Positions 44,328 to 53,106 of a DNA stretch of 64,000 nucleotides are shown piece by piece. How positions within the stretch are numbered: position 1 is the first letter of the stretch; every line of letters begins with the position of its first letter. The notes beneath the pieces were generated by a model. That model was not told the origin of the DNA, ran no database searches, and was given only the letters and a program-made list of their open reading frames with translations. Made by a program: the position numbers and the translations under genes. The stretch comes from a virus: IMG/VR virus record IMGVR_UViG_2799112719_000001; one strand, given 5' to 3'.

Positions 44328-45797
44328 ATGACTATGGCAAAGAAAAACAAAGACGATAAGATGCAGGCACTCATCAAGAGCGACAATGCCATTATCCGTG
44401 AGCTGCGCGATCAGAAGTGGATTTATAATCCCAAGGTGTTCGCACAGGTGGCTGGTGACTTCTCGCTGATGCACCAAAGGGTTCTGTTGGGTGTGCTCGA
44501 AAAGCTGCAAGACCGTATAGCCTATTCTGCTTCTGAGCATCAGAAGAATCAGCAGCTTTGGCTCCCGCTCTTCTCGCCGGACGAAATGAATACGTCGGTG
44601 GACTTCGAGATAGACCCAAGAGATATTGGTGTGACTCCTGGCCACTATCCTGAGTTGGCACAGGCTTTGTCAGATCTGATAGGTCTGAAGATGGGTTGGC
44701 CGAAGCGTAAGGGTAATAAGACGGTGTATCAGTTTGTGTCATTCTTCAGTCGCCTGGAAATGCCGATGACTGAAAGCGGATGGCGCACAGGAAAGATCCG
44801 CGTAAAGATGGATAAGGAGAATGTCAACGACTTCTTATCCATGGAGCGTGGCTATACTGACCACATCGCTAAGATTGCTCAGTTCTCGAAGAAACAGCGT
44901 ACTCCCAGACTGTATATCTACCTTTCGACGTTCAAATATAAGAAGCGTGACGAAGTAGAGTACCCAGAACTGTGCGAGTTCCTTGGCATTGATGATGAAA
45001 GTTATGTGGAGTCGCATAAGGCAGAGAATCCTAATGTGAAGCCTACGGATAATCCTTTTCATAAGTTCTCGAAGGTGAAGAAACTGATTCTGGACCCATC
45101 GAAGCAGGAAATGGATAAGTTCTCGGCTGAGAAGAAAATCGACTTCACGTTTACTTACGAGCCGATGTATAAGGATGGCCGTAAGAAGGGTAATCCTACG
45201 CATATTGAGTTTGTCATCGTTCCAGGACCGCTGGGAATTGAGCGTGAACAGGACCGCAAACGTCATGGGCAGGTGCAGAGTGTCATCAGTTCGCTTACGA
45301 AATGGTGTCCTGACATCAAACCTTACGAGGTGGTGGAACTGGCCAAGGAGGTGCAGGATGACTGGCTGGATGACTTCTGTAACTTTGCCTACGACGATGT
45401 GCGCCATCAGGTAGAGAAGACTCAGCCAGACCATGTGGCAGAATATGTCATTACGATGCTCTCTAACTGGATTAAGGATCGTCAGATGGCCGCAGAGCGT
45501 AAGCGTATAGAGGACCAGAGACAGTATGAGCTATTTGAGCGTCAGGAGGCAGAAAGTAAGTGGCCTGCTTGCTTTGCTGAGATCTCGGCATCTATACCTG
45601 TCACTTCCAGTCAGCTTTATTTCTGTGACTATGGGAATGCAGAGATAAAAGGGGTGGTTAGAAAGACCATCACTTTGTGGATAGTGAATGAGGCATTTAT
45701 ATCGGTGATTGAAAGCAAAGAGAATCTGCCGGCCTATGAGGGTGCTATCCGTAAATATTATGGTCAAATAGCCGTTCAATACAAATTGATAAGGTAA
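44328..45797 (+). CDS. Rep_3-like plasmid replication initiator (489 aa)
   Basis: The N-terminal LIKSDNAIIRE...FSLMHQRVLLGVLEKL fits the Rep_3 initiator pattern. The gene is flanked by iterons. Confidence 0.65.
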   Translation: MTMAKKNKDDKMQALIKSDNAIIRELRDQKWIYNPKVFAQVAGDFSLMHQRVLLGVLEKLQDRIAYSASEHQKNQQLWLPLFSPDEMNTSVDFEIDPRDIGVTPGHYPELAQALSDLIGLKMGWPKRKGNKTVYQFVSFFSRLEMPMTESGWRTGKIRVKMDKENVNDFLSMERGYTDHIAKIAQFSKKQRTPRLYIYLSTFKYKKRDEVEYPELCEFLGIDDESYVESHKAENPNVKPTDNPFHKFSKVKKLILDPSKQEMDKFSAEKKIDFTFTYEPMYKDGRKKGNPTHIEFVIVPGPLGIEREQDRKRHGQVQSVISSLTKWCPDIKPYEVVELAKEVQDDWLDDFCNFAYDDVRHQVEKTQPDHVAEYVITMLSNWIKDRQMAAERKRIEDQRQYELFERQEAESKWPACFAEISASIPVTSSQLYFCDYGNAEIKGVVRKTITLWIVNEAFISVIESKENLPAYEGAIRKYYGQIAVQYKLIR

Positions 45798-45823
45798 GGT
45801 TACGGAAAATACCCCCTAAATTT
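45798..45823 (+). repeat. Iteron-like copy immediately after the rep stop codon
   Basis: GGTTACGGAAAATACCCCCTAAATTT; compare 43960-43984. Confidence 0.65.
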
Positions 45824-45850
45824 GTCTCACATTTTTCATTTGATAGAAGT

Positions 45851-45886
45851 ACCTTTGGCGTAGTATTCACCAAAGGTATTTTTATT
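45851..45886 (+). terminator. Intrinsic terminator after rep
   Basis: ACCTTTGG (45851-45858) pairs with CCAAAGGT (45870-45877), then ATTTTTATT. Confidence 0.65.
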
Positions 45887-45888
45887 GT

Positions 45889-46491
45889 ATGAGAAAAAAA
45901 TCACTGCTTTTCTGTTTTTTGTGTTGCTATATCATAGCAGCCTTATCCTCGTGTTCTGCTACTCAGACTACCATCGACCACTCAGAGAGCCACCATATAG
46001 ATAGCAGCTTTGTGCAGATGCAGTTGCAGCAGTTGGTCAGTCAGCAGCAGGCCCGTTACGACTCTCTGATGCGTGTGGTGCAGCAGCGTGACTCGATTTC
46101 CCAGAATATCAACGAGCAGGAGCGTGAGCACATCACCGAAACGGTTACGTCGTGGATCGACTCGCTGGGGCGCAAGGTGACTCAGGAGGCCCGTACCATC
46201 GACCGCCAGCGTGACCGATCAGAGGAACTGCGTCAGCAGCGTATCATCAATGAGCAGGAGCAACGCATCCAGTCGTGCCAGGAGCGCATCGACTCGCTCT
46301 ATAATCTCTTACTCGAAAAGACGGCTCTGGAGGTAAACGACACAACCAATTACCACAAAGAGGTCATCAAACCGGCACACACGCCATCGTTCCTACAACG
46401 TGTGCATGACTTCTTTACTACCTTGGTCAATGTCATCGTCTTTGCTGCTATCTTCGCCTTTATCATTCGCTGGAAACGCCGTAAGTCGTAA
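45889..46491 (+). CDS. Lipoprotein with a coiled-coil middle and a C-terminal TM anchor (unimolecular-spanin-like architecture)
   Basis: Lipobox AALSS|C, a Gln/Arg/Glu-rich helical middle, and a C-terminal LVNVIVFAAIFAFII helix followed by RWKRRKS. Confidence 0.7.
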   Translation: MRKKSLLFCFLCCYIIAALSSCSATQTTIDHSESHHIDSSFVQMQLQQLVSQQQARYDSLMRVVQQRDSISQNINEQEREHITETVTSWIDSLGRKVTQEARTIDRQRDRSEELRQQRIINEQEQRIQSCQERIDSLYNLLLEKTALEVNDTTNYHKEVIKPAHTPSFLQRVHDFFTTLVNVIVFAAIFAFIIRWKRRKS

Positions 46492-47472
46492 GATACTCCC
46501 TACACCTGAAGCCTTTTCGTGGCTCAAACTCTTCAAAGGAATGGGCTACGAAATGGGCTTTTTTGTTGACCCATCCTGCCATGTCCTTTTGCCATTGTGG
46601 AATGATATGGTGTGGGTTGTTAGGATCACGGTAGGGCTGGGCATGTGGATAGACATAGCGGCCCTGATGTGAGGCCCGCGTCTCTTGTGTACGATGCCAC
46701 CAATAGGTGATGCGCTCGTAGCACTCCCTGAAGTCTGAGGTGAGCATGGTGTATAGGAAGTATTGCCCTGTGAAGCCGTAGCGGTTGATCATATTCATGG
46801 CCCGCTCACATTCTGCTATCTGTCCGTGTGTGTCACAGCCGAAGCGGATGCGGTTGTTATCGAGCCACTTCACTTTTGCCAGCAGCTGTGCTATCTCATC
46901 CGTTACCAGTCGTGCATCGAGGGCCTGATTGAAGTCCACTCGGTAGCCTCTTTCTATAATCTTTTGCAGCTGCTGTATGCAGTAGTCGCCAGCAGCCAGA
47001 ATATTGTTATCCATCAGCACTAACTTACGACGGCCCTCAATGGCTATTTCGTCCACATCCATATATGGCCGGATGGCTCCCTCTTTCTTGGGCACCACAC
47101 ACCAACGGCATTTGTTAGGACAGCCGCGAGTGAGGAATCCGTAGGCAGTATCTTTCGGGATGTTAGGATAGATGGAGTAGTCTGGCTGCAAACGGTCTAT
47201 TTCGTCGGGCAACTGGCTCAGAGGATCATAGCCGGTGCCTCCTTTGATGATTTTGTCTGCATCGTAGATATAAGTATCGTCTGGGGAAAAGTTAAACACT
47301 TTCGACATATACACAATGTCGTAGTGCTCCATGGGGCTTGCCCATGAGATTTGCCCCCCCCCCTATTACGCCAGTATCTCGCAATCTTAGCGAGTGCGAG
47401 ATTGGGGTAAATCGTGGCTCCCCACTTTTTTTTCTTGGCGTGTCCGTCCACGTCCACAAGTCCTATCTTCAT
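46463..47472 (-). CDS. Radical SAM enzyme, split by a frameshift in a G10 tract (phase-variable, pseudogene or sequencing error)
   Basis: The downstream part carries CPNKCRWC (CX3CX2C). The upstream 40 codons (MKIGLVDVDG...YPNLALAKIARYWR) continue into the downstream frame only if the G-run is 11 or 8 nt long. Confidence 0.7.
47354..47363 (-). repeat. Homopolymer: G10 on the coding strand
   Basis: TTGCCCCCCCCCCTATT on the plus strand. Confidence 0.95.
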
Positions 47473-47567
47473 ATATTAAGCATGTTTGAACAGTCTTATT
47501 TTGCAGAAATCTGTCACATTAAGCAGGTTTGAAACTTCTTAATTTACAGATACCCGTCAAATTCTAA

Positions 47568-47810
47568 TCAATTCTTACCTTTACTCTGTTGTGCCATGGC
47601 CATCAGTTTACGCTCTTCGTCGGTGGTGGTGTCAAGCGTGATTTGTTTGAAGTCTGGGTATTTCTCCCATATCAGATCAGAGGCTTCAAGAGCCTTTGAT
47701 ACGGTGTCTTTTATCAAGTCCTGAAATCCGTCCAGGTTCTTAATCTCGTTGGTCTCAGGTTCAATGCGGAAAGTTCTGTCATTGATGCCCTGTGCTAATA
47801 TAATTTTCAT
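47568..47810 (-). CDS. Hypothetical small protein (80 aa)
   Basis: Preceded by the TTCAT element (47811-47835). Confidence 0.6.
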   Translation of the reverse strand: MKIILAQGINDRTFRIEPETNEIKNLDGFQDLIKDTVSKALEASDLIWEKYPDFKQITLDTTTDEERKLMAMAQQSKGKN

Positions 47811-47838
47811 AATTTAATGAATTGATGAATTACTTAAA

Positions 47839-47979
47839 TCATTTATTTTTCTTGTGAAGAATGACCCTGTTATACGTTTCCTCAATAGCTTTATATTCCT
47901 GTATTGTCATTGGTATAGGTGGGGTCATAGGACGTAACATTGGACGTTTTTTAGGCAATGAGTATTTTTTGTTTGACAT
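47839..47979 (-). CDS. Possible basic small protein (46 aa), below the ORF-track cutoff
   Basis: MSNKKYSLPKKRPMLRP... It fills the gap between the methylase and the next gene. Confidence 0.3.
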   Translation of the reverse strand: MSNKKYSLPKKRPMLRPMTPPIPMTIQEYKAIEETYNRVILHKKNK

Positions 47980-47994
47980 AATCGTAATCTTTCT

Positions 47995-48808
47995 TCATAT
48001 CTCGAAATCTAATGTTAGCTGTCTGCTTGCTTCTCTGATGCGTTTTTTAGCAACCTTGAAATACTTTGGGTCTTTCTCGATGCCGATATACTGCCTTTTC
48101 TCCATGATGGCCGCTACACAGGTGGTGCCGCTTCCCATCGTATTGTCTAAAATTACCCCCCCCCATTTGGCTATAAGTCCTTATCAGGTAGCGTAGCAGA
48201 TCCACGGGCTTTTGTGTCGGATGGAACACAGTGGTCTCATGCTCTTTCTGAATATGGATGATGCTCTGAGGAAATTTCTCGTTGGGTCGGGTAGGGGCCA
48301 CCTTGCGTATTTGCTTATCGTAGTCATACGTTCTGCCGGTCTTGAACTGTCCGTAACAGTTGTTAGTCCTGGGGTGCTCCAACTTCCCCTGGGAATGGTT
48401 TGGCTCTCCGATGCCCATCTGAGGGTTATAGACAGGCAGCTGCTTATAGAACACACAAATATCCTCATGGCAACGCATGGGCATACGGTTGGCATTCAGA
48501 AAGCCGGTGCCGCGTCCTTTATCCCATATCAGATTGTATCTCCAGAGCTTCCTATTGCTTTGCATGAGGTCGCTGGTAAACATTCCCTGGGCAAAGAGTA
48601 TAATTGCACCATTGGGCTTAATAATGCGCTCATATTGCGCCCAAAGTGGCTGGAACGGAATTATTCGGTCCCATTGCGCATTAGGGTTGTCTTTGTGAAG
48701 CACCTGGTATGGCAGATCGCAGATGATGGCATCAATGCTTTCGTCTGCTATCCCTGTCATCAGGTCCAGGCAGTCGCCTAAGTATATGTTGTTTGGCTCT
48801 ACGTTCAT
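47995..48808 (-). CDS. Beta-class N6A/N4C DNA methyltransferase (N6_N4_Mtase), split by a frameshift in a G9 tract
   Basis: The in-frame part has DLPY (a DPPY variant) and HPTQKP. The SAM-binding motif I (ILDNTMGSGTTCVAA) is encoded downstream in another frame and is restored by a G-run of 8 or 11. Confidence 0.8.
48156..48164 (-). repeat. Homopolymer: G9 on the coding strand
   Basis: AATTACCCCCCCCCATTT on the plus strand. Confidence 0.95.
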
Positions 48809-49425
48809 TTCGTTTCTATTGAGTTTCCATCGTTTGTGACCTTCAGGCGAAACATCTTCAGGCGGTCATCACCATCTGAGAGGTTGGCATTGAGCCAGGC
48901 CATGATGTTCTCGCCCACGAACTCCATGATATCCTTTGTGTCGTAGGTGTCGCAGGATGGATAGGTCATTTCCACTTCGATCGTCAGCTTCTTATAGGGC
49001 TTCGGATAATTGAGCATCTGGTGTTTCCATTTCTCCATGTCCTCGAAAGATGGTTTGAATTGGGGAAAGATGATCTTATCAGGGATAGAGCCTAATGTGC
49101 TCTTTGGAGCAGGCACACTCTTTACCTCTTCCAACGCCTGAAAGAAAGCCTCGAAGGGTAGTCTGTGAAAGCCTAACTCATCCTGTGGATGCAATTCGGC
49201 ATATTGCTTATCGAAGAGAGACACGATGCTTGGTACTGGTCTGCCGCTAATGATACATATCATTCTTGCTGAGTATTTGATATGGCGGTGCTTGGTGCCT
49301 CGTGCCAGTTTTACGCCTGGTATTGGCGTATCGTCGTAGATGATAGTCGTATCGAAGTCGTACACCTGTCCTACTTCAAACTTCGCTCCTTCGATTTCCA
49401 GTCCTATAATACACTTCGCTTTCAT
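48805..49425 (-). CDS. Hypothetical protein (206 aa)
   Basis: ATGA stop/start overlap with the methylase gene. Confidence 0.65.
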   Translation of the reverse strand: MKAKCIIGLEIEGAKFEVGQVYDFDTTIIYDDTPIPGVKLARGTKHRHIKYSARMICIISGRPVPSIVSLFDKQYAELHPQDELGFHRLPFEAFFQALEEVKSVPAPKSTLGSIPDKIIFPQFKPSFEDMEKWKHQMLNYPKPYKKLTIEVEMTYPSCDTYDTKDIMEFVGENIMAWLNANLSDGDDRLKMFRLKVTNDGNSIETK

Positions 49426-49444
49426 AATTTAATGAATTTATGAA

Positions 49445-49930
49445 TCAAAACTTTTTCCATTCATCTTCGCATGGTAGCAGTTCTGGGTTGTCGATGACAT
49501 TGCCGATGACTGTCAGCGAACTGTCTTTCAGATCTTCGCTCGGTATGCTGCTGGGAGCAAGTTTCCAGGGTGCCAATGGTCCATACTTTCCACATCTACT
49601 GATGAAGAAACCATCAATGCCCCATTTTATCAGTCCATGAGTGGTGTGGCTTCCGGCACTCCAGGCATCCACAATGTCGCCCTCATAGACTCGCTTCCCT
49701 GTCTTATCCTTGGTGCCGACATATTGCCCGACGGTGTTAGGATCTACGGTGTGCCAGTAGCCACCTTTGCTACGTTCTCCTGGCTCATCGTTGAAAATGC
49801 TGGGTATCTCTTTGAAGCCAGTCACTTCGTCGTGGTTATCAGTCATAGCGATATGGAGTGGGGCATAGAATCCTTTTATCCATTCGCCGGTCTTGATGTC
49901 TTTACCTCTAAATCGAATTTCTCTTCTCAT
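49445..49930 (-). CDS. YopX-family protein
   Basis: From ATG 49930: MRREIRFRGKDIKTGEW... with the C-terminal VIGNVIDNPELL signature. Confidence 0.7.
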   Translation of the reverse strand: MRREIRFRGKDIKTGEWIKGFYAPLHIAMTDNHDEVTGFKEIPSIFNDEPGERSKGGYWHTVDPNTVGQYVGTKDKTGKRVYEGDIVDAWSAGSHTTHGLIKWGIDGFFISRCGKYGPLAPWKLAPSSIPSEDLKDSSLTVIGNVIDNPELLPCEDEWKKF

Positions 49931-49935
49931 AGTTA

Positions 49936-50103
49936 TTACTTTTTGATTAGTTCGTGCGCGTCGTAGCCGCACCATGTGCAGATGCCGAGAGCGACGTTAG
50001 GCGCATAGTTTTCTTTGCCACATTTGGGGCAGCGGATGAGCAGTAGGGTGTCTGTGTCCTCGTAGTGCTCAACACCAGGTGCTAAAATCTTTGGCTTACT
50101 CAT
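49936..50103 (-). CDS. Zinc-ribbon small protein (55 aa), below the ORF-track cutoff
   Basis: CPKC...CTWC pairs. Preceded by the TTCAT element. Confidence 0.5.
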   Translation of the reverse strand: MSKPKILAPGVEHYEDTDTLLLIRCPKCGKENYAPNVALGICTWCGYDAHELIKK

Positions 50104-50115
50104 AATTTGATGAAT

Positions 50116-50370
50116 TTATAAAAACCAGTGATGAAGTTGACTCTCCATGATAACGTCTCGCAGTCCGTCGATATATACATAGACACCAGCAGCTGTAACT
50201 TTGCGGATGGTGGCCGTCATGCCATTGTCTGAATGAATGACATCGCCAGGCTTCAGATCATCGACTGTGAGCGGTGTATGTTCCACCTCTGCAATATTTA
50301 TCATCGGTGGCTCACTGTTTGTCTTTATCGGCTCTTGGTAGAGCTGGGTGATAATCAACTTCTTTGTCAT
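50116..50370 (-). CDS. Hypothetical small protein (84 aa)
   Basis: Preceded by the TTCAT element. Confidence 0.6.
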   Translation of the reverse strand: MTKKLIITQLYQEPIKTNSEPPMINIAEVEHTPLTVDDLKPGDVIHSDNGMTATIRKVTAAGVYVYIDGLRDVIMESQLHHWFL

Positions 50371-50381
50371 AAATTGATGAA

Positions 50382-50891
50382 TTATTGAATTGATGGAATA
50401 CCTGCGCTTCTGAGTGCGCTGGCGGTCATGCGCCGGTAGTCATTTTCTAAGAGTCGTTTAACGACGCGATACGCCTTCCAGAACCATTTAGTACGAGGAT
50501 AGCCGCCGTGGGTTGTTATCTTATAGATGAAGTCTATCTGATAGTTTACCATACGTTTCTCTTTGTCCTCATCGAAATGCGTCTCAGGATCGTAGTTGAT
50601 GACCTCGATGTGCTTAAACACTTTCTTGATCTTACGAGGGTAGCGTGTCTTTGGAAACATTTTCTTGCGTATCTTTTTGAACTGTTGTTTTGTTACCTCC
50701 TGAGTAAAAGAGGCTGTCATGTGGAATCCGTTGTTAGGCTGCCACTCTCCTGGCTGTGAGTAGTCGTGTTCGTCTGCACTTACAAGATGAATGTGGTCGG
50801 GAATTTTGTCCGGCACCAAAATCATTCGTTTTGTCTCGGCAATCTTCACTACCTGCTCCCTGGGTATTATGTAAACCTTATGTTCGCTCAT
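50382..50891 (-). CDS. Hypothetical protein (169 aa)
   Basis: ATGA overlap with the upstream gene. Confidence 0.65.
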   Translation of the reverse strand: MSEHKVYIIPREQVVKIAETKRMILVPDKIPDHIHLVSADEHDYSQPGEWQPNNGFHMTASFTQEVTKQQFKKIRKKMFPKTRYPRKIKKVFKHIEVINYDPETHFDEDKEKRMVNYQIDFIYKITTHGGYPRTKWFWKAYRVVKRLLENDYRRMTASALRSAGIPSIQ

Positions 50892-51115
50892 AATTTATTT
50901 TTTTTGTATTCAATACCGGCATTGATGCCAGTGGATAAGAGCCTTTTCACGAAGGCTTTGAACTCTGTTTCTTCCATGAGGCAAACAGTATGGAAACCTT
51001 TGTGTTGGTTTCCTCTCTTGGTGCCGATGGCCTCTATCATATTCCACTCGCTGTTTGTGACATGTTCAACGTCCTCTTCCAGTTCCTTTGGTATGATGAT
51101 TTCTTCCTTTGCCAT
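50888..51115 (-). CDS. Hypothetical small protein (75 aa)
   Basis: ORF in operon orientation. Its start lies inside the 111-bp repeat. Confidence 0.5.
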   Translation of the reverse strand: MAKEEIIIPKELEEDVEHVTNSEWNMIEAIGTKRGNQHKGFHTVCLMEETEFKAFVKRLLSTGINAGIEYKKNKL

Positions 51116-51218
51116 ATCGTTTCACTTTATACTTGGTTTTACCTTTTAGATGTCGGTAGTACCTGTAATCAGCAGGTATTTCAAATTCCTTTGAGCGGAA
51201 GTAGTCTATTGCAATCAT
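51066..51218 (-). CDS. Small basic protein, paralog 1 (50 aa), below the ORF-track cutoff
   Basis: MIAIDYFRSKEFEIPADYRYYRHLKGKTKYKVKRYGK... ATGA overlap with the upstream stop. The paralog is at 53078..53209. Confidence 0.45.
   Translation of the reverse strand: MIAIDYFRSKEFEIPADYRYYRHLKGKTKYKVKRYGKGRNHHTKGTGRGR
51108..51218. repeat. 111-bp direct repeat, copy 1 (about 90% identical to 53099-53209)
   Basis: TTTGCCATATCGTTTCACTTTATACTTGGTTTTACC...AGTCTATTGCAATCAT. Confidence 0.85.
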
Positions 51219-51709
51219 GGGCAAATCATTCTTTTTAGATGGTCTAATGCTGCATTGATTTCGTGGATGTTGTCATTATTGCTTTCCCCATACATACGCA
51301 GCAGCTCTTTCACACGCTGTTTGAAGGCTCTGTTTGGATGGTGAATCACTTTCATTTCGCTTCCGTCGGTTCCTTTCTCTACGACGATGTGCAGGCCGGA
51401 AATGATCTCTGCCAGTTCCTCTTTCGACACTTCACGCACAAAGATGCCGGCAATCTCGGTATAGCGGTATGTGTTGCCGTTTTCAATGACTGTCACGTTC
51501 CACTCAGGGCAGCAGCCTGGCTTTGATGGTGGGTACTTGAAAATCTGTTTGATGGTAACAACATTGCTGAAGATGTCAACAACCTTTTGGCCTACCTCAA
51601 AGAGAAACGGTTTTACGCTTGTAATGGCGTAGTCCTCTTCTTTATTCCATTTGTCCCTGGCAATTACTGCACTGCCATCTTCTCGGACGTTTATTGAGTA
51701 TTCTAACAT
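51215..51709 (-). CDS. Hypothetical protein (164 aa)
   Basis: ORF in operon orientation. Confidence 0.65.
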   Translation of the reverse strand: MLEYSINVREDGSAVIARDKWNKEEDYAITSVKPFLFEVGQKVVDIFSNVVTIKQIFKYPPSKPGCCPEWNVTVIENGNTYRYTEIAGIFVREVSKEELAEIISGLHIVVEKGTDGSEMKVIHHPNRAFKQRVKELLRMYGESNNDNIHEINAALDHLKRMICP

Positions 51710-51720
51710 GAATTTATGAG

Positions 51721-52128
51721 TTAATGATTCTTTTTTACATCGCGGGTCTGATAACTACGGATGCCTGTGTAGATGGTTCCGAGTTGGTCTTTCCCTATTT
51801 TATTGCGGAGATATTCTTTTGATAGTTGTACGATATAGCAGCCGCAATGGTTTTCGTTGGCTTTTATTTCTGTAATGCTGAATCCCCATCGACGCAATAA
51901 GCGTAAGGCGATATTGAGATTCTTCTGACTATTGAATCGTATTCCGCAAGTTGGATCAAGTACGATTTTTCCTGCATAGTCTGGATTGAGAATGATGTTT
52001 TGTATAAACACTATTCCATGTTTGGAAAAATCCTCTACGAGCATTTGCCTAAACTCAGAGACAGGAAACAGCTCTCTTTTTTGTTGCATCCTTGCCCTGA
52101 AGCATTCATCCATTAAATAGGTGTTCAT
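51721..52128 (-). CDS. Hypothetical protein (135 aa from ATG 52128; alternative start at 52149)
   Basis: ORF in operon orientation. Confidence 0.6.
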   Translation of the reverse strand: MNTYLMDECFRARMQQKRELFPVSEFRQMLVEDFSKHGIVFIQNIILNPDYAGKIVLDPTCGIRFNSQKNLNIALRLLRRWGFSITEIKANENHCGCYIVQLSKEYLRNKIGKDQLGTIYTGIRSYQTRDVKKNH

Positions 52129-52133
52129 AATTA

Positions 52134-52490
52134 CTATTCTTTTAACCATTTACACATAGCTACACATTTGCCTTTGGTGTGTTCGCAGTTATCGTTGTAG
52201 ATGTTGAAACCGAGTCTGCGATACCAGTCAATAAGGAATGTCCCTTTGCGGGCATCGAGATAGATGCTACCCAAGTCCAACTTGCGGGCAAAGGCTTCCA
52301 CCTCTTTCATCAGAGCGGTACCAATGCCCTGTTGTCTGTCGGTCTCGAATACCATGAGCGAATTGATATATCCGGCGCGAGGGGTTTCGTCATCGAGTGA
52401 CAACTTGACCATCGCCCTGCCGTCCGATGTGATGAAGGTATAGCTCTTTCCCCACCACCAAAGATTTTCGTGTAGTATTATTTCCTTCAT
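52134..52490 (-). CDS. GNAT-family acetyltransferase (118 aa)
   Basis: Motif A VFETDRQQGIGTALMKEVEAFARK. Confidence 0.7.
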   Translation of the reverse strand: MKEIILHENLWWWGKSYTFITSDGRAMVKLSLDDETPRAGYINSLMVFETDRQQGIGTALMKEVEAFARKLDLGSIYLDARKGTFLIDWYRRLGFNIYNDNCEHTKGKCVAMCKWLKE

Positions 52491-52897
52491 TCTTCTTCCT
52501 TATTTACTTTGGACCTAAAATCTAATGGGTTTAGTTTACGAGGTTTTTTTAGAGCCAGAATGAGATCATCGGCGTATGAGACTGCATCCTGTGCTATACA
52601 CTGCCCCATGGTCTTGAATCCCTCTCGATATGCTCTTTGGTGCATTTGTTCCAGGAGTTGTGTATTGATGCAGCAGGCATTCAGGATGGCTTGCATGGCT
52701 TTTCCAGCAAATTGAGGGCGATACTGATCATAGTCTATATTGTCTATCAATTCCACTTCGTCAGGGGATAATGGCTCTCCCATGCCTTCCAGCAGCACAC
52801 GTCCATCTTCCAGAATTTTCTTCACAGGCATGGTAATGCCGGAGCTGATGATGCGCCCCTTCAGTGGTTCGTCGTAAAAGTTTAACGTATTAGTCAT
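52487..52897 (-). CDS. Hypothetical protein (136 aa)
   Basis: ATGA overlaps at both ends. Confidence 0.65.
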   Translation of the reverse strand: MTNTLNFYDEPLKGRIISSGITMPVKKILEDGRVLLEGMGEPLSPDEVELIDNIDYDQYRPQFAGKAMQAILNACCINTQLLEQMHQRAYREGFKTMGQCIAQDAVSYADDLILALKKPRKLNPLDFRSKVNKEEE

Positions 52898-53106
52898 AAT
52901 CCTATAGTTATTTGTTCATGTTTCTTTTTCAGTTCATCTTCTTTTCTTAGTCTTCGAGGCAGGTCCACGTTGTAAATGGTGGTTGCAACTTCTGATAATG
53001 GCAGCATCAGGTTTCGGGCTGTTTGTTCAATATCTCTGCATCGACGATACTCTGAGCATATCTTGCCTATCCATCTTTCAGCGGACGTTCTTTTTCGCTT
53101 TGCCAT
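52894..53106 (-). CDS. Hypothetical small protein (70 aa)
   Basis: ORF in operon orientation. Its start lies inside repeat copy 2. Confidence 0.5.
   Translation of the reverse strand: MAKRKRTSAERWIGKICSEYRRCRDIEQTARNLMLPLSEVATTIYNVDLPRRLRKEDELKKKHEQITIGL

Noticed and set aside
47861-48781. Plus-strand ORFs 47861..48196, 48212..48781 and 48477..48698.
   Set aside because: They are antisense to the methyltransferase, whose motifs (DLPY, HPTQKP, GSGTT) are unambiguous on the minus strand.
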